From Verrucomicrobiota bacterium (lineage in GTDB: Bacteria > Verrucomicrobiota > Verrucomicrobiia > Limisphaerales > CANJXF01), in the NCBI GenBank assembly GCA_043775015.1, contig JAYVSV010000068.1:731-64730 (forward strand): a stretch of 64,000 nt of DNA. Reading direction: 5' to 3'. The notes below the pieces were generated by a model. The model had not been told where the DNA came from. It searched no databases and worked only from the letters and a program-made list of their open reading frames with translations. Positions 36,503 through 46,697 of the stretch are shown piece by piece (position 1 is the stretch's first letter; every line of letters begins with the position of its first letter). The position numbers and the translations under genes were made by a program.

Positions 36503-36706
36503 AAATCCGCATTGGTGTTGGGCTCTAGCATTAGACTTAAAATGGACGGAACCGCCGCAAAAAGCTTCACCGATTTTGCATAAATCAAATCAATTCTTGC
36601 TGAGAACGCGAGTCCGGTCTGGCTCATCCTCGCAGACTTTGAATGATCCTACGACGGGCTTTGCAAGAACCGATCTGAAACGAAATCTATTTCCGTTGAC
36701 GAAAGA

Positions 36707-38893
36707 CTACTTCAACACCTGTTTCAATTTCTCGGGATCGTGTGTCGGTGGCTGGCAGGCGCTGCCGGTGCAGAGAAAAACAACGGGTGAACGTTGCGAC
36801 GGCAAAGTTTTTGCGAATGGCTCGACTGCGCCGACATTTCCGAGAACAACTTTGTTCGGCTGATAAACAGAATGGATGGCGCGCAATAATGATTTCGTTG
36901 CCGCGTCGTTGGCGTCGCCGACGATCACCGCCCGCTTCGGTTCTTCAAGGTAAAAGTCGAGCGCAAGCAACGCGTGGGGGACCGCTTGCGGAAGTTTTTG
37001 CAAACGATCGGCGAGAAGGCGTAACGTTTTTTCCGCCGCAGTTTTGAATTCTGCGCGGTCGGTGATCGCGCCGAGTTTCAGCAGCGCAAGAGTTGCGACG
37101 GAATTTCCGGAAGGTTCCGCACCGTCGTAATCTTCTTTCACGCGCAGAATCAAATCTTTGGAACCCGCCGCGCTTTGATAAAAGCCGCCGTCCCCAACAT
37201 CGTAGAATTTAGCGAGCATCGTGTCAGCGAGCGTGACGGCGAAATCCAAATGCTTTGGTTCGAGCGTTGCTTCATACAAATCAATCACGCCCGCCAGCAA
37301 ATCGGAATAGGCATCGAGCAATTGAACAGAATCGCGTTCGCCATCGCGCCAGCGGTGATAAAGTGTTTTTGTTTTTGCGTCCCAAAGTTTGCTTTGCAGG
37401 AAGGCGAGGTTTTTCTCAGCGGCACTTCGATATTTTTCATCGCCTAGAATTGAATAAGCCCGCGCGATGGCACCGAGCATCATTCCGTTCCACGAAGCCA
37501 AAACTTTATCGTCGAGATGCGGGCGGACTCTTTTTGAACGCGTGTCGAACATTTTATGTTTGGCTGAAGCGAGCAGAGGTTTGTCGGCTGCGGAAAGATC
37601 GGGATGAACGATGCTCAGAACATTTTGGTTGGGCAGGGGATTCGGATCGCTGTGATCGACAAAATTTCCCGCCTCCGTAATTCCAAAGTAACGGACGGCG
37701 ACATTGAATTCCTCAACCGTGAGGAGCTTCGATAATTCAGCTTTCGACCAGCAATAGAATTTACCTTCTTTGCCTTCGCTGTCCGCATCTTCCGCCGAAT
37801 AAAATCCGCCGTCTGGATGCGTCATGTCGCGCAGCACGTAAGCAATGATGTCTCGCGTGACGTCAGCATATTTTTTTTCGCCGCTGACGAGAAAAGCATC
37901 GAGATAGAGGTTCACGAGTTGCGCGTTGTCGTAGAGCATTTTTTCAAAATGCGGGACAAGCCATTCGGCATCGACGGAATATCGCGCGAACCCGCCGCCG
38001 AGTTGATCGTACATTCCGCCAGCGGCCATGCGATCGCAGGTGTGTAAAACCATTTTTACGGATTCGTTGTCGTGGAGACGAACGCCGTTGCGCAGCAAAA
38101 ATAATGGCTGGCTCGGTCGCGGAAATTTCGGCGCGCCGCCGAATCCGCCGTTTGTCGGATCATATTCCGCTTTGAAGTGCGCTGCTGCGTTGTAAAGAAT
38201 CGCGGGAGATAAAACGATGGAGCTGTTGGTTTGCTGCGACGTGAATGAGTCCAGTTTATGATGCATGTCTTCGGCGGAAGCGGTGATATCGTCGCGGCGT
38301 GTTTTCCAGACTTCAGAAATTTGCTGTAGCAATTGCAGGAAACTCGGACGGCCATATTTCGCTTCCGGCGGAAAATAAGTTCCGGCGAAAAACGGTTTCA
38401 AATCGGGCGTGAGAAAACAATTCAGCGGCCAGCCGCCTTGTCCCGTCATTGCTTGCGCGGCGGTCATGTAAATTTTATCTACATCGGGACGTTCCTCGCG
38501 ATCCACTTTGATGCTGACAAAATGTTCGTTCAGATATTTCGCGACGGTTTCGTTTTCAAATGACTCACGCTCCATCACGTGGCACCAGTGACAAGTCGAA
38601 TAACCGATGCTGAGAAAAATCGGTTTATTCTCCGCGTGCGCCTTGGCAAACGCTTCGTCGCCCCACGAAAACCAATCAACGGGATTGTGTGCGTGTTGCA
38701 ACAAGTAGGGCGATTTTTCGCGGACGAGGCGGTTGGTATGAGAGTGCGGCTGGGTCAAAATGTTGGTGGACACAGTGAAATGAGTTTTAGATTTTGTGTT
38801 TCGTTCCGAACAGCCCGTCGCTGCGAAAATCGCGGTCAATCCAATCAAGAGTTTTCCGGTAACGAACACTGCGGCAACATAACCTCTGAACAT
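36707..38893 (-). CDS. YyaL/SPATA20-type thioredoxin-domain protein (DUF255 + alpha/alpha toroid)
   Basis: [44 protein letters not shown] and [11 protein letters not shown] motifs. Start uncertain. Confidence 0.93.
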   Translation of the reverse strand: MFRGYVAAVFVTGKLLIGLTAIFAATGCSERNTKSKTHFTVSTNILTQPHSHTNRLVREKSPYLLQHAHNPVDWFSWGDEAFAKAHAENKPIFLSIGYSTCHWCHVMERESFENETVAKYLNEHFVSIKVDREERPDVDKIYMTAAQAMTGQGGWPLNCFLTPDLKPFFAGTYFPPEAKYGRPSFLQLLQQISEVWKTRRDDITASAEDMHHKLDSFTSQQTNSSIVLSPAILYNAAAHFKAEYDPTNGGFGGAPKFPRPSQPLFLLRNGVRLHDNESVKMVLHTCDRMAAGGMYDQLGGGFARYSVDAEWLVPHFEKMLYDNAQLVNLYLDAFLVSGEKKYADVTRDIIAYVLRDMTHPDGGFYSAEDADSEGKEGKFYCWSKAELSKLLTVEEFNVAVRYFGITEAGNFVDHSDPNPLPNQNVLSIVHPDLSAADKPLLASAKHKMFDTRSKRVRPHLDDKVLASWNGMMLGAIARAYSILGDEKYRSAAEKNLAFLQSKLWDAKTKTLYHRWRDGERDSVQLLDAYSDLLAGVIDLYEATLEPKHLDFAVTLADTMLAKFYDVGDGGFYQSAAGSKDLILRVKEDYDGAEPSGNSVATLALLKLGAITDRAEFKTAAEKTLRLLADRLQKLPQAVPHALLALDFYLEEPKRAVIVGDANDAATKSLLRAIHSVYQPNKVVLGNVGAVEPFAKTLPSQRSPVVFLCTGSACQPPTHDPEKLKQVLK

Positions 38894-38904
38894 TTACGAG
38901 CAAG

Positions 38905-38995
38905 GGAACTCTGAACGCGGAATTCAGAACGGGGAAAACGAAACGGGGAAAACGAAACGGGGAAAATTTCCGCGTTCCGCGTTCAGAGTTCCGCG
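38905..38995. repeat. Palindromic element with 7-bp-unit arms and an internal 14-bp tandem repeat
   Basis: Perfect 18-bp inverted repeat ggaactctgaacgcggaa (38905-38922) / ttccgcgttcagagttcc (38975-38992), enclosing about 2.8 copies of aacggggaaaacga. Confidence 0.8.
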
Positions 38996-39106
38996 TTGAG
39001 TCGTGAGTTGTTCCCGCGCTTTCGGGATCGTTGAGGCGTCAAAAATATTACGAATGACCCAAGCAATACTCTTGATTAACTTCACCGGAGGATCAATTAA
39101 TATCCA

Positions 39107-42100
39107 ATGAATTTTTTCGGCTTTAATCTGCCCGCGCCTGGCGCGTACTCCTTGATTAAATTGCGATTCCTACCGTCCCGACAGTGCTGCCTCTTTTTGC
39201 CAATTTTCGGACTGGGTTTGATCTACGTTCCAATGCAGAGCGGTGCGGCAGAAACCAAGGAACAAAAACCGGCTACGAAGGTGAGTTACTACGGCGAGAT
39301 TCGGCCGATTTTTCAGGCGAACTGCCAGGGTTGTCATCAACCGGCGAAGTCGAAGGGCGGTTTCGTCATGACCGATTTCAAAACGTTGCTCGCGGGGGGT
39401 GACAGCGAGGGCGCGGCGATTGTTCCAAAAACGCCGGAAAAAAGTTCAATTCTCAAAATGATCACGCCGCAAGATGGCGAAGTCCGGATGCCGAAAGGTA
39501 AAACTCCTTTGACGGATAGTGAAGTCGCGCTGATCCGTTCGTGGATTCAACAAGGCGCGGACGACGACACCCCCAAAGATGCCAAGCGTCATTACGACGC
39601 CGAGCATCCGCCGCTTTACTCGCGCGCGCCGGTGATTACTTCGCTTGATTATTCTCCTGACGGAAAATGGCTGGCCGTGGCCGGGTTTCACGAAGTGCTC
39701 CTCTACGAAAAAGATGGAGCCACACTGGCGGCACGGTTGATCGGACTTTCGGAACGGGTCCAATCCCTCGCTTTCTCGCCGGATGGCCAGTCTCTCGCGG
39801 TGATCGGTGGAAATCCGGCACGATTGGGCGAGGTGCAGATTTGGGATGTCGCCAAACGCAAACTCACCCTCTCGATGCCGATCAGCTACGACACACTTTA
39901 CGGCGCGAGTTGGTCATCCGACAGCAAAATGATTGCGTTTGGTTGCCCCGATAACACGGTGCGCGCAATCGAGGCGGCCACGGGAAAACAAATCATGCAA
40001 ATGGGTTCACACAGCGACTGGCCGATGACGACGGTGTTTTCGCGGAAGGGCGACCATGTTATTTCGGGAAGCCGTGACATGAGCGTGAAGTTAACCGAGG
40101 TCGCGACGCAACGATTTGTCGATAACGTGACTTCCATTACGCCCGGTGGACTCAAGGGCGGTGTGATGGCGATGGCGGCGCATCCGAAGTTCGAGGAGAT
40201 CGTCACCGCTGGTTCGGATGGGTTGCCGAAAGCGTATCGCATTTTCCGCGAAGTGAAGCGCGAGATTGGCGACGACGCGCAGTTTATTGCGGATCTTTTT
40301 CCGATGACCGGTCGCGTGTTCAGCATTCGTTTCAGCGCCGATGGCAAACGCATTGCGTGCGGCAGCGGGTTGGATCGCGCCGGCGAACTCGTCGTGTGCA
40401 GCTACGATTATACCAATGAAGTTCCAAAAAATTTGCGCGACATCATGGGAAAAGTTCCAGCGACGCGCAAACCCGAGGAGCAGAAACAACTCGCTGATTA
40501 CAAGACGCAGGGCATTCGTGAAATCGCCCGCGTGTCCATCCCGCATTCGGAAATTTACTCAGTCGCATTCAGTCCGGACGGCAACAAGATCGCGGCGGGC
40601 GGCTCGGATGGAATGGTTCGCCTTTTCAACGCGACGAACGGCGCAGTCATCAAAGAATTTTTATCCGTGCCTGTGACCAAGGGAACGATGACCTCCGCCC
40701 GACCCGCGTGGGCACCCAAGGCCGACAAGAACATCGAAACGACAAGCAATTCCGAGTCGTTGCCCGAGGGCGCGAAGGTTGCCGCGCTGGAGGTGCAACC
40801 GGCGCAAATCAAATTCAACAGCCTCAACGGCTACAACCAACTGCTGGTTACAGCGCGACTCGAATCAGGTGACACCGTGGACGTGACGCGTCTGGTGAAA
40901 TTTTCCATGAAGTCTCCGTTGGCAGAAATTTCTGCTCGCGGTATTTTGCGACCCTTAAAAAACGGAACGACAAAACTGGTCGTGACCCTTGCAGGTAAGA
41001 CCGTGGAAACGCCGGTTGAAATTTCCGGACTTGGCAAGGGGTATCAGGCGGATTTCATTCGCGACGTTAACCCGGTCCTGGCGCAGCTAGGTTGTAGCGC
41101 GGGCACTTGCCATGGTGCCAAGGAAGGTAAAAATGGCTTCAAACTTTCTCTGCGCGGCTACGATCCAGAAACTGATTTGCGCGCGCTCACCGACGATTTG
41201 GCTTCACGCCGCGTGAACCTCGCGTCGCCTGACGATAGTTTGATGTTGCTGAAAGCCGTCGCGGAAGTGCCGCATGAAGGCGGCCGCCGCACCACGGTGG
41301 ACAGCAAGTATTACCAGATTCTGCGGCAATGGATTGCCAACGGAGCGAACCTCGACCTGAAATCGGCGAAGGTGACGAGCATTGCAGTTTTTCCGCATGA
41401 TCCAGTTGTGCAGAAGATTGGAGCGCGGCAACAGATGCGGGTCGTGGCGCATTATGGCGATGGGACGGCGCGCGATGTGACGTCGGAAGCATTTATCGAA
41501 AGTGGCAACGCGGATGTAGCAACGCCTGAAACAGGGGGACTCATCACCACCTTGCGACGCGGCGAAGCTCCGGTGCTGGCGCGTTACGAAGGAAATTACG
41601 CCGCCACCACGTTGACTGTGATGGGAGATCGCAGCGGCTTCGTTTGGCAGGAACCACCGACCTGGGGCAAGATCGACGAACTCGTCGCCGCCAAATGGAA
41701 GCGCATGAAAATCGAGCCTTCCGAACTTTGCACTGATCTCGAATTCATTCGCCGGGTTTATCTCGATTTGACCGGGCTACCGCCATCGCCCGCAGAAATC
41801 CGTGCCTTTGTTGACGACTCTCGCGAAACCCGTTCAAAGCGTGACGAAGTCGTGGACCGACTGGTGGGCAGCTCTGACTACGTTGATTTTTGGTCGAACA
41901 AATGGGCCGACCTCCTCCAGTGCAACAGCAAGTTTTTAGGCGCGGAAGGCGCGGAATCTTTTCGTGCGTGGATTCGCAAAGAGGTCGAGAACAACACTCC
42001 CTATGACCAGTTTGCCCGCGAAATTCTCACCGCCTCCGGTTCCACGAAAACAAATCCAGCGGCGAGCTATTGGAAAATCGTTCGCACTCCAACGGAAGCG

Positions 42101-44293
42101 ATGGAAAATACCACGCACTTGTTTTTGGCGACGCGTTTCAATTGCAATAAATGTCACGACCATCCGTTCGAGCGCTGGACCCAGGATCAATATTATCATC
42201 TGAGCGCCTACTTCGCCCGAGTCACGTTGAAAGAAGACCCAGCCAGCGACGGGAAAAAAATCGGCGGTTCCGCAGTCGAAGGTGCCAAGCCGCTTTATGA
42301 AATCGTCGATGACACGCCCGAAGGAGAAGTGAAGCACGACCGCACTGGAAAAGTTTCGCCACCGTTATTTCCGTTCCCGGCGAAGACCGAGTCGAAAGAA
42401 AAAACCACGCGTCGCGAGGAACTCGCTGCCTGGATCAGCACGCCAGAGAATCGTTACTTCGCCTCCAGCTATGCGAATCGCCTCTGGGGTTATCTGACCG
42501 GCGCGGGCATCATCGAACCGCTGGACGATACTCGCGCCGGAAATCCCCCGCGCAATCCGGAGCTGCTGGATTATTTTACCCGCCAATTCATCGAGAACAA
42601 ATTCAACACGCGCCACATGGTGCAAATGATCTGCAAATCGCGCACGTATCAACTCACCATCCGGCCCACCAAGTGGAATGAGGATGACAAAGTGAATTAT
42701 TCTCATGCGATTGCGCGCCGTCTTCCGGCGGAAACTCTTTTCGACGCCGTGTTCAGGGTAACCGGCAGCACTCTGCAAATTCCCGGGGCAAAACCAGGGC
42801 AGCGCGCCACGCAATTAGCCGACTCCGCCATGGATGTGGGCAGCGGGTTGCTCGCCACCCTCGGACGTCCTGTGCGCGAGAGCGCCTGTGAATGTGAGCG
42901 CAGCAGCAGCATGGGTCTCGGCTCCGTCATGGCGTTGCTCAGCGGGTCAACTATTTCCGGCGCAATCAATGAGCCAACCAATTCACTGGCGAAATTGGTC
43001 GAGTCGGAAAAGAACGATCAGAAATTAATCAACGAAGTTTTCCTGCGCGTCGTCAACCGGCCTGCCACTGAAGTGGAAACCAAGAGCGTTTTAGCTCTGC
43101 TGAGTTCGGTTGAATATGACAATTCGAGCATCACGAACGAACTCGGCAAATTGGAATCGAAGTTAGCCCCGGAAATTTCCGAACTCAATCGCAAGCGCGA
43201 CGAATCGGTTGCGCTCTCCAAGACCAACCTAGTCACCTACGATGAGATGACGAAAAGCCTCAGGGCTGAATTGGAAAAGCGGCGCAACTCCGAACTTGCT
43301 CTCACGCAACGCGAATTGAAGGAATACGAAAAACTCCTTCCCGCCCAGGCCGCATTCTGGGAAACAAAAAATAATCCAGCGGATACCAAAACCACCTGGT
43401 TGCTGATCGATCCCAAAAAAATTTCGGCCACCGGTAAGAATAAACTGGCCCGGCAATCCGACGGCTCCATCACTTCCTCGGGCGGGAAAAGTCCGGCGGA
43501 ATTCGTCCTCCTGGCCGAATCTCCGCAGACGAATATCACCGGTATTATGCTCGAAGTTTTGCCTGAAGAAATCCTTCCGAAATTCGGACCTGGGCGCTCG
43601 CCAGACGGAAACTTTGTCCTGAGCGAATTGGAATTGAATTGGGCCACAGGCACGAACAAACCCGATGTCGCCGCGAAATTTTCCGACGCGCGCGCTGATT
43701 TTTCTCAGACCGATTTCTCCGCATCTCAGGCTATCGATGGAAAAATTGAGTCCGGTAAAAATGGTTGGGCAATCGGTGGCGCACCCGGCATTCAGCGCCA
43801 CACCGCGACCTTCAAATTGGAAAAACCGATTGCCAGCACGAACGGTGTGACGTTGCGGCTGGTGTTGAAACAAAATTTCGGAGATCAATTTTTGGTGGGC
43901 AAGTTTCGAGTTTACCTGACCGCTGGCGCAGAACCTTTGGATTTCGGTTTTCCAGAGGGAGTTGTGCAAGCCGCGCGCGCACCCGCCGGACAGCGCCAGC
44001 CCGAACAGGCATCAGCCATCCTCGATTTCTACCGCTATTCAGATGCTGAATTCTGGAAGCGCAAACAGGCTGCCGTCAACGCCGTCGCGCCTTTGCCGCT
44101 CGACCCCAAATTGGCTGAGTTGCAGAAAGCCCTGGCCAAAGCGGAAGAGCCGGTTCGCCTCGACCCCTACCTGGTGCAACTGCGGGTGGATGCGCAAGCC
44201 AGTGGCAAGCAAAGCGAAAACAAACGACTCACGGTCGTGCAGGATTTGACCTGGGCGTTAATCAATAGCCCCGGATTTTTATTCAACCATTAA
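39107..44293 (+). CDS. Large planctomycete cytochrome c / WD40 / Ig-like / DUF1549 / DUF1553 protein
   Basis: CQGCH, WD40-type repeats, CSAGTCHG, FIRRVYLDLTGLPP, CNKCHDHPFERW and LTWALINSPGFLFNH. Alternative start ATG 39233. Confidence 0.9.
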   Translation: MNFFGFNLPAPGAYSLIKLRFLPSRQCCLFLPIFGLGLIYVPMQSGAAETKEQKPATKVSYYGEIRPIFQANCQGCHQPAKSKGGFVMTDFKTLLAGGDSEGAAIVPKTPEKSSILKMITPQDGEVRMPKGKTPLTDSEVALIRSWIQQGADDDTPKDAKRHYDAEHPPLYSRAPVITSLDYSPDGKWLAVAGFHEVLLYEKDGATLAARLIGLSERVQSLAFSPDGQSLAVIGGNPARLGEVQIWDVAKRKLTLSMPISYDTLYGASWSSDSKMIAFGCPDNTVRAIEAATGKQIMQMGSHSDWPMTTVFSRKGDHVISGSRDMSVKLTEVATQRFVDNVTSITPGGLKGGVMAMAAHPKFEEIVTAGSDGLPKAYRIFREVKREIGDDAQFIADLFPMTGRVFSIRFSADGKRIACGSGLDRAGELVVCSYDYTNEVPKNLRDIMGKVPATRKPEEQKQLADYKTQGIREIARVSIPHSEIYSVAFSPDGNKIAAGGSDGMVRLFNATNGAVIKEFLSVPVTKGTMTSARPAWAPKADKNIETTSNSESLPEGAKVAALEVQPAQIKFNSLNGYNQLLVTARLESGDTVDVTRLVKFSMKSPLAEISARGILRPLKNGTTKLVVTLAGKTVETPVEISGLGKGYQADFIRDVNPVLAQLGCSAGTCHGAKEGKNGFKLSLRGYDPETDLRALTDDLASRRVNLASPDDSLMLLKAVAEVPHEGGRRTTVDSKYYQILRQWIANGANLDLKSAKVTSIAVFPHDPVVQKIGARQQMRVVAHYGDGTARDVTSEAFIESGNADVATPETGGLITTLRRGEAPVLARYEGNYAATTLTVMGDRSGFVWQEPPTWGKIDELVAAKWKRMKIEPSELCTDLEFIRRVYLDLTGLPPSPAEIRAFVDDSRETRSKRDEVVDRLVGSSDYVDFWSNKWADLLQCNSKFLGAEGAESFRAWIRKEVENNTPYDQFAREILTASGSTKTNPAASYWKIVRTPTEAMENTTHLFLATRFNCNKCHDHPFERWTQDQYYHLSAYFARVTLKEDPASDGKKIGGSAVEGAKPLYEIVDDTPEGEVKHDRTGKVSPPLFPFPAKTESKEKTTRREELAAWISTPENRYFASSYANRLWGYLTGAGIIEPLDDTRAGNPPRNPELLDYFTRQFIENKFNTRHMVQMICKSRTYQLTIRPTKWNEDDKVNYSHAIARRLPAETLFDAVFRVTGSTLQIPGAKPGQRATQLADSAMDVGSGLLATLGRPVRESACECERSSSMGLGSVMALLSGSTISGAINEPTNSLAKLVESEKNDQKLINEVFLRVVNRPATEVETKSVLALLSSVEYDNSSITNELGKLESKLAPEISELNRKRDESVALSKTNLVTYDEMTKSLRAELEKRRNSELALTQRELKEYEKLLPAQAAFWETKNNPADTKTTWLLIDPKKISATGKNKLARQSDGSITSSGGKSPAEFVLLAESPQTNITGIMLEVLPEEILPKFGPGRSPDGNFVLSELELNWATGTNKPDVAAKFSDARADFSQTDFSASQAIDGKIESGKNGWAIGGAPGIQRHTATFKLEKPIASTNGVTLRLVLKQNFGDQFLVGKFRVYLTAGAEPLDFGFPEGVVQAARAPAGQRQPEQASAILDFYRYSDAEFWKRKQAAVNAVAPLPLDPKLAELQKALAKAEEPVRLDPYLVQLRVDAQASGKQSENKRLTVVQDLTWALINSPGFLFNH

Positions 44294-44336
44294 CCCATTT
44301 GCCGAACGAAAAAAGCCATAGCCCAAGGAAAATAAT

Positions 44337-45809
44337 ATGATCAAAATACCCGGCGGAACATGTAGCGACCTTTGCGATCCTCATTTGAAAATGACGCGGC
44401 GCGATCTTTTGCGGGTCGGCGGCGCCAGCATGCTTGGGCTTTCGCTCGGATCCATGTTCAAATTGCAAGCGCTCGCCGGCGAACCGGGCAAGCACGCCGG
44501 CGGCCCGGGTTGGGGCACGGCCAAAAACGTGGTAATGATTTATTTGCAAGGTGGGCCGAGCCATCTTGATTTGTGGGATCCGAAAGAAAATGCGCCCGAC
44601 AATATCCGCAGTTCCTTCAAATCGATTTCCACGAAAATTCCCGGGATAAATTTTACCGAGGTTTTGCCCGAGCTGGCAAAGGTGAATGACAAATTCACCA
44701 TGATCCGTTCAATGAGCTACACGCCGAATGGTTTGTTCAATCACACAGCGGCGATTTACCAAATCATGACCGGCTACACGACCGACAAGGTCAGCCCGTC
44801 CGGTCAACTCGAGCCGCCCGATCCAAAAGATTTTCCCAACTTCGGCTCGCAAATTGTTCGGTTGCGTCCCGTGACTGATCCGATGCTTCCGTTCGTGATG
44901 TTGCCTCGGCCACTCCAGGAATCCAACGTTGTGGGCAAGGGCGGCACGGCTGGTTTTCTCGGAAAGGCGTTTGATCCCTACACCTTGTTCCCCGACGGCG
45001 ACGACATGGACATGGCTAAAATGGATCGCATTCGCGTGGACGATTTGAAGTTGCCACCGGAAGTTTTTGCCCTGCGTCTCCAACGTCGCGCCCAATTGCG
45101 CGAAGCCGTCGAAGCCGCGATGCCGGATGTCGAGAAAGCGGTTGAGAATTACAACCTCGACGACTACTACAAGCGCGCTCTGAACCTGATTGTCTCGGGC
45201 CGTGCCCGCAACGCATTCGACCTCACCCAGGAGAATGAGAAGACACGCGACAGGTATGGACGAAATACTTTTGGGCAAAGTTGTCTGCTCGCCCGGCGGT
45301 TGATCGAAGCCGGCACGCGTGTCGTGGAAGTCATCTGGCCGAAGGTCGCCAACTCGGACAACCATTCGTGGGATCACCATTCCGATTTGACCAAGCGCAT
45401 GGGGACTCAATCCGGTCCGATGCTCGATCGCGGTTTGGCTGCATTCATCGCGGATATGGACGAACGTGGCTTGCTCAAGGACACGTTGGTCGTGGCCATT
45501 GGAGAATTTGGACGCAGCCCGCAAAAAGGGGTAAGCACTTCGGGAAATTCCAATACTGCGGACGGTCGCGATCATTGGCCGTATTGCTACACCTCGGTTA
45601 TTGCTGGCGCCGGAATCAAACGCGGTTACGTCCATGGCAAGTCCGACAAAACCGGCAGCAGCCCGGCCGAAGACCCGGTTCATCCGACCGAACTACTCGC
45701 GACGATGTATCACGCATTTGGCATCGACCCGGAGACCATCGTTTACAATCACCTGAAGCAACCGCGCGAATTGGTGAAGGCCAAGGCAGTGACCAAACTG
45801 TTCGCGTGA
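44337..45809 (+). CDS. DUF1501 domain protein
   Basis: [36 protein letters not shown] and GEFGRSP...GRDHWP motifs. Confidence 0.93.
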   Translation: MIKIPGGTCSDLCDPHLKMTRRDLLRVGGASMLGLSLGSMFKLQALAGEPGKHAGGPGWGTAKNVVMIYLQGGPSHLDLWDPKENAPDNIRSSFKSISTKIPGINFTEVLPELAKVNDKFTMIRSMSYTPNGLFNHTAAIYQIMTGYTTDKVSPSGQLEPPDPKDFPNFGSQIVRLRPVTDPMLPFVMLPRPLQESNVVGKGGTAGFLGKAFDPYTLFPDGDDMDMAKMDRIRVDDLKLPPEVFALRLQRRAQLREAVEAAMPDVEKAVENYNLDDYYKRALNLIVSGRARNAFDLTQENEKTRDRYGRNTFGQSCLLARRLIEAGTRVVEVIWPKVANSDNHSWDHHSDLTKRMGTQSGPMLDRGLAAFIADMDERGLLKDTLVVAIGEFGRSPQKGVSTSGNSNTADGRDHWPYCYTSVIAGAGIKRGYVHGKSDKTGSSPAEDPVHPTELLATMYHAFGIDPETIVYNHLKQPRELVKAKAVTKLFA

Positions 45810-45980
45810 TTTGATGAGCCGCAGGATAGTTCACGGGCTGGGATATCCTAAAGCACGGGAATTAGAAGTAAACCGTTCCATCGGAGGATCCAGCGAGGTG
45901 GTAAAAGCGCTCATCCACCAGGCCAAAAACCTCTTGCTCAAACCCGGCCGCCACTCTAAAAATAGCCCATGCACACCAAA

Positions 45981-46038
45981 ACTAGGCCAACTGTCTGCCA
46001 CTAGGCCAAACCCACGTCTGGCCTATTACATGTTAGAT
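45981..46038 (+). promoter_or_regulatory. attI-like recombination site (candidate)
   Basis: Direct repeats actaggccaa (45981-45990 and 46000-46009) upstream of the core GTTAGAT (46032-46038). No attC-like hairpin precedes the core. Confidence 0.4.
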
Positions 46039-46690
46039 GCCTCCGCGCTCACAAGCTATGTCGGTATTTATCAAGGTCATTCGCAGGGTGGTTCGATCAA
46101 TGACCACTTTGCCGGATACCCAAGGCTGGTTGCGTTGCCTATGGGTGTTCTTGGCCTATGTTGTGATTGCCTTCGCGCTGGGGCAGGCGACCGGCTCGCT
46201 TCGTGTGGAAACATACAGTGGGTCTCCTGATAGGCTCGTCCGGTTTGCGGCTATTGCTTTCCTCGTGCCTTGCTTATCTGAGGAGCTGCTTTTTCGCGCT
46301 GCATTTCTCTACGATCCTAAAATAGCTGCCTCGGCCCGGTATCGACTGGGCCGAGCTGTAATCGCTTTGGTACTTTTTGTCCTTTGGCATCCACTAAATG
46401 GTCTGTTTCTGAAGACTGATGCCCATGAGGTGTTCCTAGACCCCGGCTTCCTTATGTTAGCCACTTTGCTTGGCTGCTGTTCTAGTGTGGCATACCTCAC
46501 AACCGGCTCTATCTGGCCTTCTACGCTGATGCATTGGATCAGTCTGGTTGGTTGGAAGGCGTTTTTCGGCGGACGTATTTTTGACTGAGACGATGAAAGA
46601 AAGGACGGCATCTAACCAGCAGCGAACGTCGGCGGGCCGTCGCGGTTGCAATCGGCGCGTCTCGTGGCCGCCGTCGCTGTGCTTGGTTCG
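46033..46690 (+). mobile_element. Integron-type gene cassette (CPBP protease + attC); no integrase in the window
   Basis: G/TTAGATGCC at the left end is the exact reverse complement of GGCATCTAAC (46607-46616) after the ORF. A single ORF is followed by an attC-like hairpin. Confidence 0.75.
46058..46588 (+). CDS. CPBP (CAAX/Abi) family intramembrane glutamic endopeptidase
   Basis: SEELLFRA, FVLWHPLN and GSIWPSTLMHW motifs; multiple TM segments. Confidence 0.88.
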   Translation: MSVFIKVIRRVVRSMTTLPDTQGWLRCLWVFLAYVVIAFALGQATGSLRVETYSGSPDRLVRFAAIAFLVPCLSEELLFRAAFLYDPKIAASARYRLGRAVIALVLFVLWHPLNGLFLKTDAHEVFLDPGFLMLATLLGCCSSVAYLTTGSIWPSTLMHWISLVGWKAFFGGRIFD

Positions 46691-46696
46691 TTCATT
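46610..46696 (+). mobile_element. attC site, degenerate
   Basis: R'' ATCTAAC; stem cagcga/tcgctg, cggcg/cgccg, ggcc/ggcc; ends in GTT (46690-46692). The left arm looks about 6 nt short and R' (GTTCATT) is non-consensus. Confidence 0.7.
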
Positions 46697-46697
46697 A

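Noticed and set aside
38928-38966. CRISPR-like repeat
   Set aside because: The units are 14 bp and directly abutting, with no spacers and no cas genes.
39072-39085. CRP/FNR-like site TTGA-N6-TCAC
   Set aside because: A hybrid, single occurrence that is expected by chance in an AT-rich leader.
44709-45683. 324-aa antisense ORF
   Set aside because: It lies wholly opposite a well-supported DUF1501 gene and has no motifs; a typical shadow ORF.
45934-45963. Pc-like promoter TTGCTC-17-TAAAAA
   Set aside because: The -10 element lacks the conserved final T; too weak to call without TSS data.
45810-46030. Possible intI remnant upstream of the cassette
   Set aside because: Reading the minus strand by hand gave only short frames with no tyrosine-recombinase motifs.
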